A stretch of DNA of 64,000 bases from Amphiscolops sp. MND2022 (Eukaryota). Numbering within the stretch: position 1 is the stretch's first letter; each line of letters opens with the position of its first letter. The translations under genes and the position numbers were made by a program. Below, in pieces: positions 37,447-50,555 of this stretch. The notes beneath the pieces are model-generated. The model did not search any database. It had not been told where the DNA came from and saw nothing but the letters and a program-made list of their open reading frames with translations. The stretch is taken from NCBI GenBank assembly GCA_964187785.1, contig OZ076409.1:29018001-29082000 (forward strand), in the 5' to 3' direction.

Positions 37447-40400
37447 TGTAGCGATTACCTATCGAGTACACGATTTCGAAAATTTCGATGAAAATTTCGT
37501 TCAAGGGACTATATCCCCTCTACTGAAAAGTCATATTCCGCTGGACGGCAGCGTGTCTTTATTCAAGTACCTGCCCACAGAATTGAAGAGAATTTGAGCA
37601 AAAGACTCCGGGCAGACCCCAACCGAACGAGAAGACTGCAGAAAAACACGGCCGCTGTCAGAAAAAGACTCAAATTTCTGTCAAAACGGACTGAACTTTG
37701 TTCTAGCCAGTGCTTTCTTCAGCGAAGCGTTACAAGACGCTGTGATTACCGAAAATGAGTCAATTGGCTTGACCAAGCATCCGTGCTTGTGTCCCCGGCT
37801 AATTGCTGCCTCAAAAGTGCTAATTATGTAGTAATTTTCGTATTTTCTTGTTGTAACAGCTCGTGAGCTACTTATTTCGATTTCCTGTGTAACTTCTAAA
37901 AAACTTGATTTTTCCTTTCCACCACTTGCATTTTTTAAAGGCTATCTAAGCGTTGGTTCCGAAGAAAAAGCGTAATGCGCGCTACTGTTAGCAATTACAG
38001 ACTGGATCAGGCCGGCGAGCACTTCTTAAGAAGCGGAATCCTCCTCTGACGGGACATTTCTTACCCGAAGGAGGCAAAATGGACTCATGGCCATGGGCGC
38101 CTGTCCCGAGCAAATACCCATGCCATGTGTTCCTCCTGCTCTTATGGTTACGGCGACAATGGTGAGAGCTTGTCGTTACATGGAGAACACATTTTATGGC
38201 GACCACAGAGGGATCGCTTCGAAGTGCTTCCCTTAATGGTTTTAAAATAGCCGACCCTCTGGTGATTGACGCCAAGTACGACCCGACTCTGATGGAAAGA
38301 AGAGAGAAGCAGAGTTTTTCCACGTTTTTACCCTGTGTGTGTTATTGAAGACTTCAAGCCCGGTGGATAAAGGTAAATCTTGTAAAAAAGCGCTGTATGT
38401 TGTGATTTTCATGCTTTTTCAGTAGTTGACAGGTAACGATCGAAATAGCCTACCCTCTTAACGGGTCACTCATAAAATTGGTCTAGCAAGCCGTTGGAAG
38501 GCTGCTAGAAGTGTTAGCAGGTGTTTTCTAGCCTTTTTCAGCTTTTTATGACCAATGAAGTGAGTGTTGAGAAGAGGACGATCCTTGCTCAGACGAATCT
38601 TACAATCTGCCGAAACGAGTTATACGACTCACCGATCCCATTTCTCATACAGGCAACCTAGAGGAATGAAATTTGGTGGAGACGTACTACAAATGCTGAC
38701 GTGTCTAATGGTGCAACCCGTTTGTCTCTAGCTGTTCTGGGTGATGAGCAAAAAGAACGAGAAGACACGACTCGTCAGTCCGGGTTGTATAATATTTTTG
38801 AGTCAGGTTGAAAAAATTTTTTGGGTTGCTCAAAATTTTGTGTACGACCACTTGCCAATGTTTTTACGAGCCTTCTGTAACTAGGTGTGTGCTTTTGCAC
38901 CTGTTTTGTGCGAAAAAAGCACGTTTTTTCATGTATTTTCGACGAAAAGTGCCAAATTTGGCCATTTTGAGGCGAAACACCTACATGAGCGCGAGCGCTC
39001 TTGGTGCTAGCCACACACCTGCAGAAATTAAATAAAAGTAGCTCAGGACTCTAATGAGTTCGCAAAAAACGCGACGAACTGCTCAAAGTTGCCCGAAAAG
39101 GCACTTAGTATAAATTTTGTGAGGAAAAAACCCCGTTTTTGGAAGACTGAACATTTTTAGCACTTTGAATTTGTGGGGGAACTTGTATAGAAGCTTTTAA
39201 ACACCCCCGTATGGTTGCAATTAGGTTGGGGTACACCTGCCGGTACCCAACAATACCCATTTTGGTAATTATAACCACTACTTCTTGAAAAAAGTTACGA
39301 GAACTGTGATTTTGAGGTTTTTCTATAGTACTCTTAGAAGAAACCCAATTTGACTATTGACGAACACTTTTACGCTTAGAATAGCCCCCGGGCTATTATT
39401 TTCAGTTTATTCAGTAAATTTAACGATCTACAGTGAAGACCACATCCCAAAATTCCTTTTCAGTGCTGAGAAAAGTAGAAAAATGCACTGAAAAACCTCC
39501 ATTCTCCTAAAATCCGGACTGTCTCTGAGCTAAGGTCGGGTCATTGATTCTTGGACCTTAGCCAAAAGGTGGTTGCATTTTCATAACCACCACTAAAAAT
39601 AACGCTAGTGCCGAAAATTTGGTGGACGTAACTTTCACCAAAGTCGAAAAAAGTTCTCTAACGTTTCAACTTCAGGGGACTGTAAAACTGCCGAAATAAT
39701 CCAAAACTGACGGACTGTCGGTGCCTCGTGTTTAACGGGCACACCTAATCGAGGGTTTATCCTAGTACTACGAGTAGTGGGGCAACACGTAGGTCCCATT
39801 TTTTTCAGCCCTACCACTTTTTGAGGTGACCCTCTTAGCCAATTTGTGAAAAAAGTAGTCCAAAATTGTGTTTTTTTTATGAGTGTTGTCCAAGTAAGGT
39901 CGGAACCTCAAATAAGCGTCCGCGCTTTCATTTGATGGTTTCACCGGCATTGTACACGCTCATCGACTGTAGCTACAAAGTCTCGTGTCAATCCAGCCGG
40001 TACTTGGTGAGAAAATAGAAAAAACGTACCACTCAAAAAGTTGGGCATAGAGGGTAATTTTTCAAATTTTTCCTGAGTGATCCGAGTACCTTAATTGAAA
40101 AACGAGGTTGAATTGCCGTTCATTTCTATCATTTGTACCAGATACTACGTTGTTTTGCAAATTTTGAGCCCGCTAGCTTTTTTTCAGTAAAGCACAATCT
40201 TGAAATAAGCATGAAAATTGATGTATCTTGGTGACTAAGGGTACCGAACGTCCGAATCAGCCTGAATCTTGAAATAAGAACCTTAGCTTAGATTTGATTT
40301 TGCTATCGTGTAGTACACCTACCACAAGGTCAGGTGGCCAATTTTTAAGTGTCTCCGACGATTAGACGTTGCGCTCGAGGCATCTTAGTCATTTATAAAG

Positions 40401-41129
40401 AAATCTGAAAAACTCAAAAATTGTCTAAAAACTCGATTGTTTGCGAATTAGCTCTTCCGCAAGCCCCAAACGCACGGTTTCCGGCCCCACAGCACGGTAT
40501 CAACGCGCTGTGTAAGTTTCACGCCGGTACGACCCCTAGATCGATTTTTGACTTTTTCGAGACGTGTGAAATCATGAAAACTAACAGTTTGCGTAACCTT
40601 TGGAATTCTATAACGAGAACATTAAGCCGCACGAACACCCGGCGATGCTCTAATCTTTCAAGAGGGGGGAGGAAGGACACGTCGCGACGCGCTGAAGCAT
40701 CGAAAACACCAGACCCAACGGGGTGCGAGACAAATCTCAGTGCAATATCAGACCTGACCTCAGACCCCAGGGAGGAAGATTGGCCAACTGATGACAGTTT
40801 CGTTATGGAACCCGATTTTTCAGACCCTATGTCAGACGACGCATCGGAGAAGTATCAGGCCAAGCCGGTCGCCAGGACTACCGATGATATCGGAGGTTCA
40901 GCTGACGAGACAGGAAGTCAGACCCATACTTCCAAATGGTTGCTGGACTTACCCAGCGCTGTCACACCCTATGGTGTAGATGACACTGGAGCGTGGCCTA
41001 ACTCCAACAAGACGAATGAAGATGAAGTAGAAATGAGCTGTCTGAATGCGACGGGGCAATTCAAAGCTCCAAGCACTGCGAGTGAGGGCACAGCTCATAC
41101 CACAGAAGTACTCCAACAAATGTCCTACA
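37447..41129 (+). repeat. Inferred 5' LTR of copy A (~3.7 kb), followed by a candidate PBS TGGGGGC at 41131
   Basis: The left end is fixed by three junctions. The right end is inferred from CTACA (inverse of TGTAG) followed after 1 nt by TGGGGGC, the first 7 nt of a tRNA-Pro-type PBS. It is unconfirmed because no complete 3' LTR lies in the window. Confidence 0.55.
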
Positions 41130-44100
41130 TTGGGGGCATGGATTATGCCAGGGCACGTCTTCAAGAAGCTACGGCTCCCCGAGCATCTGGGAAGGGTAAG
41201 CAAGTACGGCCCCCAGCTTTATTAGCACTAACCAGTACTACAGGACCTCATGGCGATTCACGCTCATCCTCACCCTCATCAAAAGCTGCATCTGCCCGAT
41301 CTTCGGCATATCGAGCCGTACATGAAGCAGCGAAAGCGCGCAAAGCTCTATTAGATGCTCAGATAGGCGTGAAGCAAGCTGCTTCACAACTGTCTGAGCG
41401 CAAGGCAAGGTGCGATAGAGAGCACCAGTCAATAATGGAGGAAATAGAAGCCGTGCAGGCTGAATTGCGAACATCAACTGAGCGACAAGCGCAAGGACAT
41501 GAAATTCAGGCCGCCCGAATGGATGCTATGGGCTATCGAATGGCCGAAATGAAAGACATGGTGGCCAAAACAGAGGTGCGCATGGAAGCTCAAATGCAAG
41601 AGGTATGTTCACAGATACAAGCGATGGGCACTATGTTGAAAAATATCCAACCTCGACCCGCACCAGCGAGCAACACTATCAAAGAGTTGCTGCAAGACAC
41701 TGACGTATCACTGCCAAAACCCATGAAAAGCGTCTCCCTCAAGCCAAAAGAGAGTGTGACGACTGCAACAAACCCATCTGGCTCTAAACAGCACTTGGCG
41801 AGGTACGCGCCTTTGCCACAACCTCTGGTATCAAATGGAGAGGCCGCATCAACCTCGACGAAATTTATCCCGTCTGCGGTATCAACAAAATATGTTCCAC
41901 CCACGACCAAAGCTCACAAGAAAGAACCAACGTGCGAGGTGATAACTATCGACACTTCAAGCATGGGTATCACCGGCCTGCGAGAGCCCACACGCACAAA
42001 CGAGCTAACTGAAGTCACCAGCACTTTCCAAACAGCAAATGCAACTTTGGGAGAATCAGCTGCAGAATTCCAAACCGCGGACGATGGGTTGCCCCCGGGC
42101 AACCCATGCGCCAGCAGCACCCGACGCCGAGAAGTGACTATCCCCGAGAACACCGATGACTCTGTCAACTCAACGCGAGGCAGCAGTATCCCGCCACCAG
42201 CTATCACTGAAGAAGCGCCTATATCACCGGAGCAACTCAGGTTTACCGAGGCAATATCCAAGGCCATGTCCAAGGAACTGGCGCCGCTAATTGCTAATCA
42301 AGATCAAACTAGGGTCCGCCCTACGGTGTACAAAGGCACTAAAGATGGTACTGTCGATGGATGGCTTCCAGTGATGAAGCGATTTCTAGAAAGTGTGCAT
42401 GCAAAATCACCAAAGATCGACAAAGCCTGGGCTATCATCGACCACCTGGAAGGGGAGGCGAGAAATTATATAATCAACAAATCTGAACCTGAACGAGACG
42501 AGCCCGACAAGGTATTCTCTCTCTTGGCCAGCAGGTTTGGAACCGGTGGAAACCGCATGCACGTCAGGCAAACCTTCATGTCTCGTGTCCAACAGGAAAA
42601 AGTGGATTGGATGCAATTCTTGGACGCATTGGAAGGTCTGCGCACCCAAGGTTTCCCAGACGAGCCTATCACTACACGTCGTTATGAAATCCTGCAACGT
42701 TTTATAGATGGCGTCAATGACTCGACGCTGCGACAAGAGTTGGCCGTGGTGTACGCTGCGGAGACGTATTTGACTGAGCCACCAACTGTAGAATCCCTGA
42801 GATTCACCACGAGACAATTGCAACGGCATCGCCCAAACACGTCAAAACCTTACGACCCAAGGTATGCAATGAGATCGAGGCCTAATCCTTTCGTGCCAGG
42901 GAAATTGGTTCACCCGGCACGAGGCCTACCACAAAATGTGCTGCCTCCAAACCAAGGACAGCGAGAGGCAAAGCCCCAGATGGCCCCACCAGGCCCTGCA
43001 TCGGTAAAACAGGCTCCTGCACAGCAGCAACCAGCGAGAGTGATTCCCCAAGGAGCATGCTTCAACTGTGGACTACCGGGTCACTTTGCGAGGGAATGCC
43101 CACATCGAGACCTAGCAAGGAAACCCGCGGCTCGCGCTGCACCCGAAGAGCGAGTGAACCTGTGTGAGAACAATGTGGCCTCTGCATGTTCTGGCCCCGT
43201 ATTCTGTGTTAACTGTGGCATGACCGAACACTCTGCATCACAATGCCAAAATATTCCAGTACATGAGGATTTGGCCTACATCCTCTGGGCTGAACAGCCA
43301 TCTGCTTCTCAAACGATGAGTGACAGTGAAATGGTACTCATGCTACGCCCTGCTGAAGCCGCTCACGTGGCGACGCCTCTTACCGTCACATGTGGCAAAA
43401 TCCAAATCCAGACGAACCCAGAGCCAACTACTTTTAATCCCTCGGGACGCACTATCATGTCTGCCCGACTACTGTTGGCGGTCGAGAGAGAAACCCGCCC
43501 AGAACTCACCATAGACGCTCTGATAGAAGAGATGACCGCAAACGAGAATTGCCGGCAACTGACTCTGCCCAAACCGGAAGAGTGGCAAGTGAAAGGTGTC
43601 ACTTCGACGTATCATGCCTATTCTCCGATTCCAGTCAAAGTCTGCATAGATGGTGTTGACATGCGTTTTGGCGCCACTACTATTACTGATGCGTTTCCTC
43701 CTGGAATCTGCTTGGGACCGCAAGAGCTGCGCTGCTATAACATTGATGCTCAAGAACCAACTGGTGAAGCGAGAATCGATGAGCGTGCGTCGCTCGTGGT
43801 TTCATTCGTGGTTCCCGATGCTGCTCCCGTGCCATTACGTGGTCTAATAGACACTGGATCAGGAGTATCCATCCTCACCTTCTCAGCCTACAATCGAGTC
43901 GCCGTGCGCACTGGCACACTCTTACGACCTTATGGTATTGACTTATATGCCGCGAATGGGAAGACGATCAAAACTTTTGGTCTAGCGGAGAAAGTCAAAT
44001 TCCAATTGGGAGGCTATGAATTGGAAACTAACTTCGTGGTAGTTGATGACGCTATGGGAGTGGAAGACTTCCTCCTGGGCAGAAACTTCCTAAGAGCTTA

Positions 44101-47100
44101 TCAGGTCTTGGTAGACCTAACCGCGATGAAGGTCATTGTCCGAGCTCCCTCTGAACCGGTGTGGTACCATGCCCACGCGCAGGTAAGTAACGAATCGCTC
44201 AATTCGTCGGTACCGATTGCACAGGACGTAGTGTTGCAACCTTTTGAACGCGCGATACTACGCGCTAGATTGCTTGTAGACAACTTAGAACCTTTCATGT
44301 TTCGAACCGTGCTAATCAATTTTCAAACACCTAACCGAATGTTAAAAAACGCCATCTTTTTAGAGGACACCGTGGCGACCGTGGGGGAAACTGGTTTCCT
44401 TTACGTCAGTTTAGGAAATCTCACCAGCAACGTACAGCGGATCAAAAAGGGCACCCTTTTGGGAACCGCGGTACCCGTGACGATGGTTCATAAAGCCATC
44501 CCCCAAATTGTCCCCGGACAATCAAATGAAACTCTGCAGTCAAATGCAAATTATGTTTGTAAAATTTACGAACAGATGAACCTTGATTCTTCTTCTGAAT
44601 ATAGTTCTTCATCTGAATTTGAGTTTTTGTCCTCTACCGAACCGTCAGAACTAGGCTTGTCCGAGCGTGAAATAAAAAAACGAACCGATCCGGCGCTAAT
44701 GGCTCCGATACCGGGCCCGGAAGCACAACTCGACGAAGTGCGCGGTTTGTGGGGCTCGACCGCCAGCGACACGCTCGATAAACTTTTAAAAGAGTTTGAC
44801 GATTTGTTCATGAAGTACAAGGCTGACATTGGTAAGTGTAAAATTGCTAAGCACCCGGTGGAAGTAGAGCCAGGGGCTATACCCCACCGCGAAGGTGCAC
44901 GACGAATGTCGCCTGACAAGGCAGAACGTGCTAACCAAGGAGTCCGTGACTTGCTAGCTTTGGGAATGATACAACCTTCCCTATCCCCTTGGGCGAGTGG
45001 AATTGTTATGGTCAAAAAGAAGAGTGGTGAATTGCGATTCTGTTGTGACTTTCGACCACTTAATGAAGTGACCATCAAAGACGCTTATCCCTTGCCACGT
45101 ATCGATGAGAGTCTATCCCGATTGGGCAAAGCCAAAATCTATACCAGTATTGACTTGGCATGGGCATTCTGGCAAATTCCTGTCCGAAAAGCCGATCGTC
45201 AAAAGACTGCCTTCGCTTGTGAACTTGGGTTATTTGAGTGGCGGCGTATGCCTTTTGGTATGTGTAACGCATCAGCAACATTTCAACGGGCAATAGCGCG
45301 AGCGCTACAAAGAATAGTGAACCGCGAAGGAAGTATGGTTATGGCCTATATCGATGACATTGTGATTGCTACCGAGACCATCGAGGATCACATGGATAGA
45401 CTACGCGAAGTATTCCAATGCCTGCGTGAGGCCGGCTTCAAAATGAGAGTCTCCAAGTGTGATTTTATGAAACCGGAGATCAAATATTTGGGCCGAGTTG
45501 TATCCGCAGATGGTATCAAGCCAGATCCCAAAGCTGTCGCCAAGCTGAAAAATTGGGATATCCCGCGAACCAAAACTGAGTTGCAAAGTTTCTTGGGTTT
45601 TGCCAACTACTATCGGGATTTTATCCCATGGCACGCAAAGCTAGTTGCCCCTTTACATGCGATGACGGGCGCAGGCTCTCCAATTTTATGGGGGGAGGAG
45701 CAGCAGCGAGCCTTTAACAGCATCAAAGTGGCACTAATGGAAGCCACTGCTCTGGCGCAACCCGACACTGAAGGCGAGTTTGTTCTTGACACCGATGCTA
45801 GTGGTGTAGCTATATCAGGTATTCTTCACCAATGGCAAGGACCACCTGAGAGTCGCAAATTGCGACCGATTGTATTCGGAAGCAAAAAGTTAACCTCTAC
45901 GCAAGCAAAGTATGGAGCCCCAAAACTGGAAATGTACGCTGCATACTATTTCATCTTGAAAAACCACAGCTATCTCTGTCCACGGAAATTCACACTGAGG
46001 GTCGACAATCAGGCCTTATCCTGGCTAAAGACATATTCGATGGATCAGGCGATTATTGGTCGATGGATTATGGCTCTTGAAAAATATCACTTCGGTATTG
46101 AGCACCGACCCAGAACGCAACATCGAAATGCTGATGGTCTTAGCAAACGAACAAATGACTACAAAAAACACGAAAAGCAATTAAAGGGTTTACCCGCAAT
46201 TGCAGACAAATGGGATTTCCTATCACAAGAGGAATACAACAAACTCCCGCTAGCCCCATGGTTTGATGTCCACGGACGTGTGATACCAAATCACCCAGAA
46301 TTGCCTGCACACTTGCAGAGGTTGGCTAGCAAAAGTTCACCCGAAACCACAGTTGCCGCTCCCACGCGAAGGAGCGGACAAAGCAAACGAAGTGCGATCA
46401 TGCGCGACGAAGCCATGAGAGCACCCCTACCTACATTGCCAAAACCAGAATTGGCACTGCCTGCCGAACTTTATCCAGAGTATCCTGAGGATTGGTTGGA
46501 ACTGACCGAGGAATATCAACGAGACTATTTGCTCCCCACGCATGCTGCTAACGTACCATCAAGAACCACTTATCCACTGACGGAAAAGCAAGCAACTAGC
46601 ACTGCACCAGAGCACGTAAAACAAGCCGCGTTTGTGGTAAGCAGCATATCGATGGAATTGCATGAACATGCTAACACAGTCCATGGGTTGAAAGATCTAC
46701 TACTGGCACAAAACCGTGACGTCCACGTCTTGGCTATCAAGAAATTGGTAATGCAAGAGTCAATAGATCATGACATCTTTCCGGAAAATGTACGTGCCTT
46801 TGCCAAAAACTACCACAAACAGAAGAAGAACCTTCTGCTGGTAAACGCCAACGGGGTTTTGTGTGTAAAGTACTCCAAAAGTCAAAGAGCTTTGCATGAA
46901 CGCCCCTGCATGATAGTGATGCCCCAATTGTATCAGCATGAGATATTGTTCAAGGCCCACGACGCGATGGGACATCAGGGCATCGCGAAAGTCTTGGCCA
47001 GAATTCAAGAGCGCCACACTTGGCCAGGCATCCGCCGCACCATTGGACAATACGTCAGCCAATGTATCACTTGTCAACAAGTACGTGACAAGCCTGGTGA

Positions 47101-50100
47101 TGTACGCTTTCACTTGAAAAATATCCAAAGCGGCTATTTTAATGAGCTAGTCCAATATGACCACATGAAAATTTGTCCCTCTGACGATGGTAACACAGGG
47201 ATCTTGGTTATTATTGATCATTTCTCTAAGCTCGCAGAAGCTGTGCCGTGCAACCACGATGAGTATGATGCAGCGACCACTTCAAAATTGTTGTTGCAGA
47301 AATGGTTTGCCCGCCATGGAACGTCGACGAGAATGCAGTCAGACAATGCTCCCAACTTCACCGCGGCAGTATCTGCTGAGTTTATGAAAGCCGCCCAAGT
47401 GACCAAAGTAACCTCAACTGCTGGCCACCCCAAGACTCAAGGGTTGGTAGAGCGACAAAACCGAACGTTATTACCCTACTGCGCGTATTCTGCTCTAGAC
47501 GAATGCGTGATTGGGACCAGTATTTAGATGAAGTCATGGGTGCATACAACTCCACACGTCATGCCACTACTGGGTTCTCCCCGTATATGCTGACCAGAGG
47601 CATGGAAAAAGCTATACCCCTGACTTTCTTGTATCCCGAATTTGCAACTCAGTCATTCGAATCACACGAAGCCTATGTGGAACATGTGCTGGCTCGACAG
47701 CAAGAGATTCATGACTTAGTCCGTCGTAACACGCATCAAGCCCAGCAGCGACAAAAGTTGAAATACGACCGAGCAATTCGTGCTAAAGCCTATGAAGTGG
47801 GCGAACCTGTTTGGGTATTCTGCCGATACATTCCTCAAAAAGGATCTCCTAAATTGATGAGAGCATGGCGTGGTCCTCACAAAGTAGCACGAGTGCTACA
47901 AGAGGGACGCGTCTACATACTTGACACTGGTCAGAAAGTACATTTCGAACGATTGAAACCGCACCATGGTGGTCCAGCAGAATGGGCAGCTGTTCCTGCG
48001 CATAACGGCGAGGTTGCTATCATCATGGACCCTGACCCAGAACAATCCCACGAGGAAGTGAGAGACGATGCTTCGCAACCTTCTTATCATGCGGAGGAAC
48101 CAATTTCAGAAGCCAGTAATGCCTCTTTGCCTTCTCGACAAAGACATTGGATGGACACACGGTTGCGCACACGCATGCGCGCTGGTGGCAGCCGCCTACA
48201 TTATCAACAATTTGACTATTCTTCGACTGAGTCTGACGACGAACGTTCTGATGTACTCCTGTCGAGTGTTCAGGCTAATCCCGATGAGAGTGCTATCTTG
48301 TCATCACATGTGGATGAACCTGCGCCTATTCCCGAAATACCAATAAAACCACTGCCTGCTATGGAGGCTCTATTCTCAGAGAATGAAGCAGTGCCCGACG
48401 TCTTGGATATCGCCCCAAATCCTACTATCCACGCACCCACCAAAAGTGCCGGCACCTCTCTGACCGGTACATCCGCCCCATTATTGACAAATCCATCTCT
48501 TACGGATATGTTGAGTAACTTTCCCATTTGGCCCCTAATCGATGACAATGTTCTCAACCCCACCTTAGACGACAACGGTGCTGAAGCACCAATGACCAAT
48601 GACGAAAAGGGATTTATTCCCCCTACGACAGTTCCCACCAACAACAACGCAGCTACTACCACGAAACTCTCCAATGCTCCTAGAGGGCATAGACCGCGGG
48701 GACGTCCGCCAGGCAGAGCGAGGCCGCGAGCCTCGCTGCCACGTGGCCACCAACAGAGAGGTGCTATTAGAGGCGCTCGCAAAAGAGGCCGTCCCAGAGG
48801 AAGACCTCCTCGTACAACACACGCCAGACCTAACACCTCTACCCGTGTTCGTCGCACTCCATCTGTGGACACTGACTCTTCTGCCCCTAGCGCGGCGGTT
48901 ACCTCAGATCAAGCAGCACCGCCAGAATCAACCAACGCTCGCTATGGCCTGCGACGCAATCGTTTTCCCAGATATCGTTGCGGAACATGTGGCCTACGAG
49001 ACTGCGAATGTAACTACATGGTCCACGCGGGCTTCCCAATTAAACCCCAGGGAGTCCTGCTAGCACGTGAACAGGAGAAATCGCTTCCAAGCGGCACGGT
49101 TGACTGTTTGGTTATTCGAGCCGAGAAGACTTATACTGGGCTACAACGCAGCGACACTCCATATCCTGTGGACTATATCCTATCCAAAATGAAAGATTCT
49201 ACGATAGCAAAGGCCCCGTGCCCAAGGTTCAAGGAGTGGACCTATGATCTTATTGGTTTGGAATTCACATTACCTATCACTGTTCCCCCCTTGCCTACAA
49301 ATATTGCTTTTGGTCCTTTCAACTATGAACGAGAGCCTATCCAAATGGTACGCTGTATTCCTGCTGACCTTTTGTATGACAAGCACAACGTCACCGCAAA
49401 ACCAGGAGACGTTTATCAGCCTGCAACCAACTGGTGGCTACTAATTACGGCCAAACAAGTGTCCGACCGACCTGGTTCATCCCAATAACTTGAACACCTG
49501 TCTGGAGAGTTTGCGGACAATGGCCTCTCCTGATAGAATCACTTGTTTCCACACCATAGACCTGTATCGTGGTAAAATTAAGTTTGAATGGTGGCTGGAA
49601 CTTATCATAGCAGTCTTATCGAACTTTTCACGAATCCGATTCCTGGACAAATGGACGCACTCATTTCCTAGTCCTGTATCACTCCAATCAGCCCTACACG
49701 CACTGGATACATGGTCCAGGGCTAACATTGATAATCAATCGTTGCCGCGATCTGTGTGGCAAGACTTGGGCGCCATTAAAGGCCTCCTTCCGAACACATG
49801 TGACGATGCTCTCTCCAATGACCCCGGACGAGAGTTAGTATACCATGGAGCCGTGAGACCTCAATTGGTTGACTTTGTGCAGTATGCCAATACGGACTTC
49901 CTGCAAACTCCCCATCATATTGTTTTATGTTGTCCCGCAAACCTTGAGACTAATTCTGCCGCTCTTCGTTACGTCATTCGTGAGCATGGTGCAGATGCAA
50001 TCTTTCAACTTCGACCGGAGGTTGGCATTATTGTGACGCTACCCACATCTTTGATAGACGGCCATCCTCAGACTATCCACCTTTTAATCACACGAGCTAC

Positions 50101-50338
50101 ACCTCGCTGCCCTATGCTCGCTGATATTCTCTTTGGATGTCTTGATCATTTGAAAACGTTACTCGAGCGCTTAGAGGCGATAGAAGTACACTTTGCCATC
50201 ATTGATCCTGAGCGCCCAATACGTAATCTTTTCGACTTTTATACCTGTTTGATGAACGTATTCGCTGACACGCCCCTGACCGTCATTCTTCACGATCGCG
50301 TTTACGTATCTATTGCAAGCGTCGCTAGCTTTCCGTAG
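40574..50338 (+). CDS. Gag-Pol polyprotein (~3250 aa reconstructed; 1-nt deletion at ~47474, 4-nt duplication at 49463-49470)
   Basis: ATG at 40574; capsid-like VYKGTKDGTVDGW..HLEGEARNYI; knuckles CFNCGLPGHFAREC (43058) and CVNCGMTEHSASQC (43205); protease LIDTGS (43850); RT YIDD (45347); RNase H DTDAS..DN..ADGLS; integrase HDAMGH..CITC, YDH..SDN..VERQNR, continuing as ..GAYNSTRHATTGFSPY..WRGPH in ORF 47503-49488 and then in ORF 49490-50338. Confidence 0.93.
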
Positions 50339-50555
50339 AACTTTTTGTTTTTCCTTTCGCTCTTTTTTTTGTCCGCTCGATTAAGTTTAGGTGAATCGAC
50401 ACGGAGTTTACTTGAAACAAATACGTTACCTTTTCTTTTAATGTTAATTTGTGATATCCTATTACTTCCCCTGGTATTACCCTTAAAATGACCTATGGTG
50501 TTACCCTACTATCAAGTGTGCTACAATCGACCTGCACTCTTTCAGAGTTTCCGTC

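Noticed and set aside
39966..39980. Alternative LTR end at GCTACA (~39977)
   Set aside because: It is not followed by a TGG primer-binding site; 41129 fits better, though neither is proven here.
40421..40573. TTG start of the 2368-aa ORF given in the ORF track
   Set aside because: The context is eukaryotic, and the first in-frame ATG is at 40574.
47462..47527. Programmed frameshift inside integrase
   Set aside because: No slippery sequence, and it falls in the conserved ERxNRTL helix; a 1-nt deletion or assembly error explains it.
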